A stretch of DNA of 64,000 nt from Ascidiella aspersa (lineage: Eukaryota): NCBI GenBank assembly GCA_963924565.1, contig OZ004613.1:13578001-13642000 (forward strand), in the 5' to 3' direction. The first letter of the stretch is position 1. Every line of letters begins with the position of its first letter. The translations under genes and the position numbers were made by a program. The notes below the pieces were generated by a model that saw only the letters and a program-made list of their open reading frames with translations, was not told the DNA's origin and did no database searches. Shown here in pieces: positions 26,427 to 36,500 of this stretch.

Positions 26427-27472
26427 CAGTGCTCCGCAACCTTTTTTTCATTTACGGCACACCAACAGAGCTAAAAGTATTCGTCTGCACACCTACGAAA
26501 TATCTGTCGTTTGACAATAAACAACAAAAGCAAATATCCTAGGCTGGCCAGAACAAAAGGAGCGAATTCTCAAAAGGGACTCCAGCGATAGGACGAAATT
26601 AGAATAATATCAAGGTAGAAATAAAACACAGTTCGAAATAAGACCAAAACAGAACGAATACCGCTTAGTTTTAATTACGTCTAAATCAAAAGTCCTAGCC
26701 CGGCGGCCCAACCTAAGTTCATCAGTAATTCCCCTAATAATTCTAACGCTAATATATTTTCTATTCCTACATATTACTCATCACTCGCTCTATAACAGGG
26801 GCAAACAACCCAATGTAAAAAAGAGTAGGGCTTAACGGCGCCATAACCGCCGTTCAAACTAAACTAAAGCGCCGAAACGTCGACACCAAATCATTCGATG
26901 CCAGACCGTTCGCCCCCAATAGCCATTACCCTATCCCTTCAGTTTTAGGCGTTATTTTTTTCATGTATGACTTATTTCGATGAACTTAGGATTGATTTCG
27001 ACAGGCTTAGTTCTTTTTTATTAGATCTTATTCTGTCGATGATATTACAGCCTAATTATAGTTTTAGTATAGTTTGGTTGTCTTAAAACTATGGATTATT
27101 CTGCTTTAGATATTATATTTCATTGGTTTCGAGCTTATTTTTTCACTTGGGTGTAAAGTTTGAAAGCAATTGATATTTATTTGTACTCCTGCTAGTTGAG
27201 TTAGTCAAAAAAACGTTTAGAAATTCGACTTACGGCGATTGAACCTAACACAGATTTTGCAAAATTTTATATATTACCGGTAAGGAAAGTTCTTAAAAAA
27301 CAAAAGTTAATTACACCTGGAATATTGCATGAGGTCAAAATTCCTGCCTTGAAGTACCGTTTTCGTGTTAATTCAACTGTAAAAAGTGCTCTTATAAACG
27401 CACGTAAAACCACTCCGGGAATGTCGCGGCACACCTGGCATGGTCTCGCGGCACACCGGTTGTGGAGCACTG
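26427..27472. mobile_element. hAT-like MITE containing foldback element copy 2 (about 26575-27130)
   Basis: TIRs CAGTGCTCCGCAACC / GGTTGTGGAGCACTG; TSD CAATAAAG / CAATAAAC. Confidence 0.8.
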
Positions 27473-28940
27473 CAATAAACCACAAAAAACTTAAACCACA
27501 AGGTTTTTGTAAGTATTTTTTGTAATATTTTTTATTGCATGGGGTTACACAACAAAACTCAAAAGTTGTAATGCTTTTTAAATTGCACCACTTTCCGGTG
27601 TATCGTTAATTCTTACAACAATGCAAGGTTTTTAATAGTTAATTTTTACTCGCTATATTTCCGACCACCTACAGGTCGCCACCCAAAATTGAGTACCGTT
27701 TGATTTGGTGGGTCACTGAATGCAGTAGTTTTATATGGTTAAAATGATTGAGAACACCTATATATACATATAAATTATAATATAAAGTTTACGGCATCGA
27801 CAAATAATTTTTAAGACGATATTGAGGCCTACGACAAAAGAAAAGTAATTGCGCAATAATATTAGAGGAAGTTAGACCATATTATGTCTGAATAAGTTAT
27901 AAACAAGTAAAATAAAAATGGTGATAGTGAAAGACCATTATGCGGATGCGCGTAGGCCTGTTATTAAGTTTACAAAATTACTGGTTGCTGAAAACTTAAA
28001 GGTATTAAAAATTCTACGCACAAATGCAAATCGAACCCAAGCTATTTTAAGTTTAGTTGCTTGCTAACCTGCAAACTAGAAAACATTCAAGTAGAATAAG
28101 AACGAAAACTTAGCTCGTTATTTTGATTATTGTCGAGTTAGTCAAAATACTTGCACTGGGTGTTAAACACAGATCTGTTGTATGCAGGGTGGCGCTGTTA
28201 ACAAAAACAAGGCTATATGGCGAGAATATACCAACCCAATTGTGTTGCTACAAAAGCATTTTGCTTGCACTCCAAATTGTGTTCTTACGGTCCCATGACA
28301 GGCTATACGTTTTTAACCACATATATTAATTATCGCGCACTTTGTAGAAATTTTTTTGGTGACAATTATATTCAGTTTATTGCCTTGCACAAATTCTTTT
28401 ACACTTTATAGTTATACCCATCACAGATTTCGTGGAAATGGCGTGCGTTTCCGTTTTCGTAGCTGCCAACCCGACTTTCAAGAAAGAATTCGCATAACGA
28501 GAATGGAAAGTTCAAGACAGGCGTCGCCGCACAACGTTTTTAAATGAAAAGAGAATATAAAGACGTGAAGCGATTTTCTTTGGGATTAGGGCAATCTACA
28601 GACGACAAAAAAATATTACGTGAGATGGTAAACGCGAGACAAAGCATGACATCTTCAACGAAGAAATGAAAGTTCTGTTCTAAAGATCTGAAAAAACAAA
28701 GTATAAGTAGTCGAAAAAACAATGAGTATTAGATCTCAATAAGCTATTTAATATGTAAATATCCTAATATTAAATTATCGTGGCGTTACATTAACGTTTA
28801 ATATTAACATATATACTATGTTAAAAATGCTATTCAAAACAATGCAAAATTTAAATATTCCTAGAGACAAAATTTAATTTTGAAATAAAGTCCGAAACTA
28901 TGTTTGCAAAATTATTTTAACAGTATAATATCACCATCCG

Positions 28941-29536
28941 ATCCGTCAGAAATTAGTGCAGTTCTAAGCAAAAGATATACGACAGTTAGGCCAGCCGAAG
29001 GTTAAAAAAGTCCGACTTTTAGACTTTGAGGTTTTGGCAATGCACTAATTTTACTTAACAAATGTGCATAAGAATATTAAGTTTAATAATACTTGACCCA
29101 CCCAAACTCTAACCAGCACCCTAAGCCAAACAATGTGCGTTAATTTAAAAATTACCTAAAAGCTTCAGGTACCTCTATTTGTGACGTAACAATCCTTGAT
29201 ACAATGGACGAGAAACTATCTTATGCCCACTCGATGCTTGGGCTTTCTTTTCAAGCGTTCAAATAATTGTTAAATTAACGCACATAATATGGTTTGCGAT
29301 TCGGGTTAGCGTTTGGGTTCAGGTGGGTCAAGTGGTATTAATTCTATATCGCTTTTTTGTTATATTTTGTAAATTTGCAGCGAATATTTTCAATTTATTT
29401 AAGCCGGGAGTTTACCTAAAGGTCCAAATTAGTACATTGCCACGACCTCAAGATCGAAAAGTCAGACATTTCTGCCTTTGAATGCCCTTATTGTCGTAGA
29501 CCTTTTTTCTTAAAAAGGCACTAATTTCTAACGAAT
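28941..29536. mobile_element. Palindromic MITE with long imperfect inverted arms
   Basis: ATCCGTCAGAAATTAGTGC...GCACTAATTTCTAACGAAT; the arms also pair internally (GGCAATGCACTAATTT / AAATTAGTACATTGCC; ACTTGACCCACC / GGTGGGTCAAGT). Confidence 0.75.
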
Positions 29537-29564
29537 TGATTTCAGACACATCTTCATTCTTACA

Positions 29565-31574
29565 TTAATTTTCCAACTCTATATCGTCGAGGTCGACGTC
29601 ATACTTGGACTCGTCGTTATCAGCATTTAACTCATTAGCAAGTTCTTCCAAGGCGTCGTCAACTTGTTCAGCTAAATGTTTTACAAAAGGAAAGTTTGAG
29701 TTTAAATCCAACATGGTAAATTTAACGGTTATCTGGCATTATCACACAACGTTTATGTGTAGTCATCTTTCTTTAACAGTATTAAGCAGAATTTTTACAG
29801 GCTGCAAGGATTACTTTATATGGGGCGATATTTTAAATTTAATCGACATATTAAAATGTGCAAACATGAATGTCAGGTTGTTAAAGAACGTCAGAAGTTG
29901 AGTTTAAGCATGAGTTTTTCTAACTGTATAACTTTAAAAGTTGCATTTCCAAAATCAAATGTAAAACAAAACAATAAAATAGCTATGAGTTACACTATTA
30001 AACAGAGAATAGTCTTAAGCTATATTGACAGTACCTTTCAACTCTGAGGAACCAAACCTACGACGTCGAGGGGTGCGACGTCTCCGTCGACGTCTGTATG
30101 CGTCGTCCCCAACTATGAGGCAAACCACCAAAATGAGAAGCAAAATTTTGTTCATGTTTAACTCTCTACTTAAACTCTATAGTTGAGCATAATTTGTATA
30201 CTGTGTTGGGTTTGGTATTGAAAAGACTCCGACTAACGCTATTTCATTAAACAGTTGGAAAGTAAATCAAGAAATTGGTCTATAGTTGAATATTTTTTTT
30301 ACTTAACATCATTTAGCGCGTTATGGTGTACAACGTATGTAAACTTTACTCGTGGTTGTTAAAATGCAACCTCTTTTTATCGAAAATAAGCAAGTGGGTA
30401 AATAAACACTAAGCCTATTTAGATCCTGTCATCTGTAGTACTATTTCCAGCTGTTCTAGTTTGTTGTAATTGCTTTGATAAACCTTTTTAGCCTCACTGT
30501 CCTCATTCAACTCTTTTGTTTTCGAACTCCTAAATATGTCATTCTTGTAGGCTAGATATTTGCAGGTCTGACACAACACATGAGGAGCAAAAACTCTTGT
30601 CTAAAGTTGTGAGGTAGACTTGCACACATAGTTTTTTTAATAATACTTGGTCTTTCGTCAGCCTATATTTCCTTTTATATTATTGTTGAAATGTTTTACA
30701 GTTATTACATTAGTCTTGCAGTGCGACGTAATAATATTTCAGTTTTGTTCAAATTCTTCCTACTGTATACGTTGAAAACGGTCAAAAGAATCGCGGAAAT
30801 GTCAATCTTCTCTCTTATTGTACAGGAAAATTTCACGGTTGGCGCACAAGGATTGGCAGCAGCTAACATTAACTGCAAAACTTCCGACAACCTCACTAGC
30901 TCGTTGATTATACGATGGCTAACAGATTCGGCCACTCTTACTTACAATTTTGGCGTATTAATTAGTTAATGTACAACTAAACTTTTTAACTGCTTGGATC
31001 ATTTCGTCACATGTTTTGTTTCTAAGGGACAATTTGGAGATATTTTAACCGTGTACCATGAAACTAAAACGGTAATTTTACAATATGTTGTTTTTTCACA
31101 AACAACGAGGCAATAGGTTTGTTTGTATGTTATAAAAAGATAAATATTTCGCTATAAAGCATCATCAGTATCTTAATTCGATTTAAATTTTATAACATAC
31201 ATACAAACTGATTTTCGGTTTACTAAGTTCTGTACTTAGTTTAATCTTTATCATTGATGTGCAACCAGAATCGTTTGTTTTCACCATTCGGATTCAGGCA
31301 GATTTTGTTATTCGAAAGAATACTTTGATTAATAACTGTAATAACTTAAATTCATGGTGAAAAAAAGAATTGCAGAAAATAATTGCTTGCCGTTTACGAT
31401 TAACTATGACAACAGTCATGTTTCTTAGTATTTATATATGTGCACAATAAAATCGGAGGTAACGACATAAAAGAACAAACAAAATCAAATTTACCGATAA
31501 AGCAAATAAATAAACGTACTGGCTGTACAAATGGACAACACTGCAAAAGCAATAACTTTCGACCGGCCAATCAT
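29565..31574 (-). CDS. Small secreted precursor, 79 aa: signal peptide + Arg-rich cationic peptide + acidic C-terminal propiece (putative antimicrobial peptide)
   Basis: Exons 31574-31520, 30112-30035, 29671-29565 (GT-AG, both introns phase 1) give MIGRSKVIAFAVLSICTAIGDDAYRRRRRRRTPRRRRFGSSELKAEQVDDALEELANELNADNDESKYDVDLDDIELEN*. Exons 2-3 are well supported; exon 1 is the best phase-compatible candidate found by eye. Confidence 0.75.
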
Positions 31575-32474
31575 GAGATTTGGTCGACGCACAAATTAAT
31601 AAAGCACTTCATGGCCTTCCTTTGTTGAATCTGGACGGGTTGCCCCCTTTTTGGAATAAATAAAATACGAAGGGTTGCTGACGACTGACACCTAGCGTCG
31701 CTTGTAGCGTCCTGAATGCAAGTGGGCGTTTTCGCCGTAGATCAAGTCAAGAACTTGTTGTCTCTGCCAAGAAAAACGTGCACATAAGCGTTACGTCATC
31801 CTTGGATGATGTAACATACGGGCAACGATCATTGGGGCATGCTAAACAATTGTCATAAACGTACATGGATTATGATTATTTGCTTTCAATAATAATAATC
31901 CGTGCGTGATACATTCCTAAATCATTCCAGATGAATAATACCAACGGTATGAACTTTAGTGGTCAACATATGTCGATAAAATAATCTTGCAGCACAAAGT
32001 AAGTGGAACTTGTGTATTTTTGGCTGACATAATTATCGTACACTACATGTATGTCTTGTATGGCATATTAGCTCTTCCACTAAAATTCAATTTAAAATCA
32101 CCCACAGGTTGTTACCATTGAATCTTTAACTTATAATGCCGTAGCAGGCCATAGAAAATGGTTTAGAATCACTTTAGAATCAGCTGTAACCGACAAACAG
32201 TCTAAACTAAAAGGGTTTCGTAATTGTAACTCCAAAAACTGTCCGCAATAGGCTATCGTTTTATATTGTCCTAAAACCCCCTTTTAACAATTCTATTTAA
32301 CTAAGTAACTAAATATCAGATCATACAAACAATGTACTCTTAGCGTATAAGTTGCCCCCGAAGAATTGCCGCGCTGGAATTTTTAAAGCTTAGAAAGTGG
32401 TTGGCGAATATGTTCAACACTGCAAACTTCAGGACTGCGCTACTCTTATCAATCCGGGCTGAGTGAAGAGACGA

Positions 32475-32480
32475 TTTATT
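32475..32480 (-). terminator. Candidate polyadenylation signal (AATAAA) of the collagen gene
   Basis: AATAAA on the minus strand about 1.05 kb downstream of the inferred stop exon, after a U-rich 3'UTR-like tract. Confidence 0.35.
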
Positions 32481-33531
32481 AGTAGTAAACACAAACGCAA
32501 GTATTTACAACCCGCATGGAGCAAAACGCAATTTAAAAAACAAAGACTCGAAAATTTCGGGTCAACGAAAATCGCCCTTCGGCTAGAAGGGCAATCAATA
32601 AATAATGGCTTCGATAAAAAGTAAGTAGAAAACAACAGCAACAACGACAACAAGAACAAACTTAACTTTAAGTGAATCGCTTTAACACAGCGAGCGAATG
32701 ATCTCAATTCGCTGTGTGAACCTTATAAAAACTCTCAAGTAAAATCGTTGAAAATTGCATTAAGCTTCGTTGACTGAAAAACAAATTGTTTCTCAAACAG
32801 GATGATTTACTATAAAGCGGTTATTCTTAAATAACAAGCAGGCAGTGTCGGACAAGGTCCCGCGGGTATTGTAGAAGAGAGGGAGTATTATTACACTGCT
32901 ATACCCGGCTCAATTCGAATTGCTGTCTCTTAAATAAATGTACGCCAGGTAACGATAACTTAGGTAAAAATTGGCGCGAATGACAACATGACACCTTAGG
33001 ATGTGTAAACGGAAGTTAAGCATACTTGTGGTGAGTATGTGTGTGACTTGAGACTGCAAGGCGTGCACTGATTCAACATGAAAGATAAACATTTCAATAT
33101 GACAGACGGTTTAACGAATCTCGAAGGACGTGCAGTGGGCCAAAGATGCATACAAAAAAAGCTAATCAGTCGTATTGTATACAGTATTTGATCGCAAACT
33201 AAACGCAAAAAACGACGTAAATATCATGCAAAACGCAGATCAACTTCGCATGGCGAACAAAGCACTGTGGCGTTCTGTCGACAGGCTGCCAAACAATGAC
33301 GCAAATATGCAACGATGGCGTCATCATAAAGCAACGGATGACGTCATCGTGCAACAGACGCTGTTTCTGGTGTCCGTCGCTTCAAATGGAGGTGTCCTTC
33401 CGCCGCGGAAGGATACGGCGACGTCGCGGATGAATGTTGAAGATGGAACAGGAATCTTGCGGATTGCGGGAGGGATTTCCCTTTACTGTGTTGCTCTATC
33501 TCTAGTGCGCATGCGCGTGCATCGCCATTGG

Positions 33532-36500
33532 TTACCGCCGCTGTTGGATTTTCGAAATTCGACGCCAGGCAGGCAGGATGACGTGGCACGGTGGTATTCC
33601 ACACGTGACAAAGCAAGAGCGCGCGAAGCACACCGATTGTGACATCACACGGGTGAGGTGAGGCACGGCAGCACGCGACAAACAGAAAACAGGGAAAACA
33701 AAAAACAAAACATCTATGGTTAGTGACGGTTAACACACCCATACCGATAAGGTTGTTTTACAGTTAACACATAAATTAGGTTAATAATAACGCGGTTTAC
33801 GTTAGTGTTTATAGGCTTAATGCAAACGTGAAACCACCGTTTGTTATTTCACAATATAAAAACCGGTGCGTGTTCGCGACCGGAAAGTTACAACACCACG
33901 TGTTAAGTAAAAAATCATGTTGTTCTTATATCCCAGAAGGTTAGCCCAAAGCAATCAATGATATAAGTTAAATGAATCTATTTTGATTATGAGTCCAGCT
34001 TATGTTTAACAAATGTAATTAGTGATTTGCTTTAGTAACCAATTATTAGAAACGTTTTAAATCAAGGGTAAAATATGCATAATCTCTTGTGTTTCAAAGT
34101 TCAAGAGCCGGGCTCTACGATTTGGCTGATTTTCGCAGTTTATCAAATTGTTGACGGCCGTATGACAACAAATGCATGAACATGCTCGCCACGTAAATAA
34201 GTTAATAAGGTTATGTCTATTAAAAGACCACCACCCAACGCTCTAGGATTGATCGTTGTCAAAAGCATCTATTGAAACCAGAAAGCCGCTACCCACACAA
34301 AGTTTATGAAGCACGACAACAACGGCTAAGCAACACATCGTCATATGACGTATAAACGTATATGACGTAACGGTGACGTACACAGTGTCCACAACACGCA
34401 AAACAACCAAACCCGGTCAACCTGCAGCTGTCCTCACAGTTTAAGTCGGGTCTATATTTCCGTAACGACTTTAGAAATGTCTGTAAAAACTGCATACCTT
34501 TGTTGCGTTCTAAGTGTCAAAGCTTGGGCTAATTGCAGCTACTTTAAATAAAACAATTTAAACGTTAAATGTGATGCGTCTAACCTGCGTGATAATTCGA
34601 CAGCTTGGCAAAATATCTGAGATTGGCAACAATTTAACGCGCTTAATTACATGACCTTATTTTATCCGGATATCATATAATGTTCATCTGCCTGCTGCAA
34701 GGAGAACTTACGACCTTCCATGAACATGTCGCCTCTCTACAATCAAAAATTATTCTTTTTTTCTTTTTTGGTGACAACGTTCGTTAAGGGGATAAAATAT
34801 GCTCGACCATCACAAATCGACGACGACGAATAGACGCACGACAATTGGTTGGCTTCATACACACAGGTGTTTGCAAACGCGGTGTAATCTCTACACGACA
34901 AACGAAGGGGCGAGGCAATAAAATATAAGGAGGGAGAGAAAACAAGTGGAAACACGCGGGCGCGTAGTAAGGTCATCTCTCAACAAGCAATCAAAGTGTC
35001 ATTTACAAGGATGTGAAGTAAAAGTGTCGTCACATGGCTAAACCTCGTTAAAACATTCGTTTATAGATTGTGACGTCAGCGGTGGTTGAAGCGCACTGAA
35101 CCGGATCAAATCTATCGTTAAACGGCAAAAACGTCGAGGTATAACGCAAAAACCTGAAATTTAAAGCACGAAAGAGTGTCGCGAAACTTTCATTAAAATC
35201 GCCGGCCTGGAAACAAAAAAATTGTGCAACGTGATACAAAAGCGTTGGTTTGACGAATTTAACAAGTCAAAGTCGCCCTACTAAAGAACGAAAAGCGACC
35301 TCTATGGCAACTCGTCCTTAGAAAAAAACAATGGCCAGCCGTGCGATAAAGAAAGAAATAATCGCGAAATTCGTGTGTTGTTGCGCGTTTTGACTGACAA
35401 AACGGACACAGTCAGGAAATAAAGTTGCTTTGCGGGGCGCTGTTTTCGTACTTTTTGCAAACAAGTTCATGTTTTTGAGTAAATAATAAGTTGGCCCGCC
35501 ACAAGGGTTCCCAGCCGAGGCCCCGTTCAGGGCCCGGTGTCCCCGCGCCTGGCCGGGGCGCTTCGCTTTTTGGCCCCCGCCGACTTTCGGGCGCCCTGGG
35601 CCTTTCTGTTCCCGCCCCGTTTCCCCCGGAAGCGTCTATTCACCTTTTGGTAACATCCAGCCAGCGGAAGTCCGTCCGTACCCTGCGAAAGAAAAACAAA
35701 TAAGGGTGTCAGTTTCGGAAATATAAATGCGGTTTAAAATTCGCAAAAAATCACCTCAGCCCACATTGAGGTTGACGATATGTAAACAAATATATCTTGT
35801 AGTGTTTTAATCCTTTGAAGTTTTCTGCTATTTTTTTCACAGTTTAAGCTGATCGATTCGGGTTATTCTATCTTTCGTTTTAACAAAAACTTGCCAGGAA
35901 CATTTAGCAAAACATTAAAGTAAATAATAGAAATGCTAAAAATATATCTATATGACTATTGGCATCAAATCATAAAACCTAAACAAAACTGTTTAAGGGT
36001 TGCCCAAAAGCAGGAAAATACTTCCCACACAGCATATAATACGCAGGCACACGTGATACACATATTTCTCACATGTCACCAACAACTACACACATTTTCG
36101 TTAGGCCTAACTCATTTGCAAATTCAAGTTCGATGCGATAAAAAGGCAGGAAACTCTGTAAAGATTCCAGACTTGAAAGTTTGCCCGTAAGAAAATTCTT
36201 TCGTGCCCAAGTATTTAACATATTCCCATTCCGAGTCGACCTCCAATACCCAAGGACAATAACGACCGTACCAGAGAATTACAATCCGGTATCGCGTCCA
36301 GTCCGTCCAGTCCGGCGATGCCCTGGTCACCTTGTCTGCCCTTGAAACCGCGTCGTCCGCGCTGCGCCAATCGGTGTGAAAAGAAGGTATATAAGAGTGT
36401 GAAGGTACAGTGTACAAACATGTTATTGTTGTCGTGGGGTGATGGTGTTAAATTGTCAGAGAATTGCGGCCAATTAGGATAAACCATTTGACTGAGTGTC

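Noticed and set aside
28430-28700. Possible second small peptide gene on the plus strand
   Set aside because: Could not assemble a consistent exon chain or signal peptide.
29605-29901. Plus-strand 98-aa ORF
   Set aside because: Antisense shadow of the acidic exon 3 of the peptide gene.
30035-30112. Protamine gene or Arg microsatellite
   Set aside because: Mixed codons argue against a microsatellite; the spliced acidic tail and hydrophobic N-terminus are unlike protamines. Kept only as a refutation scenario.
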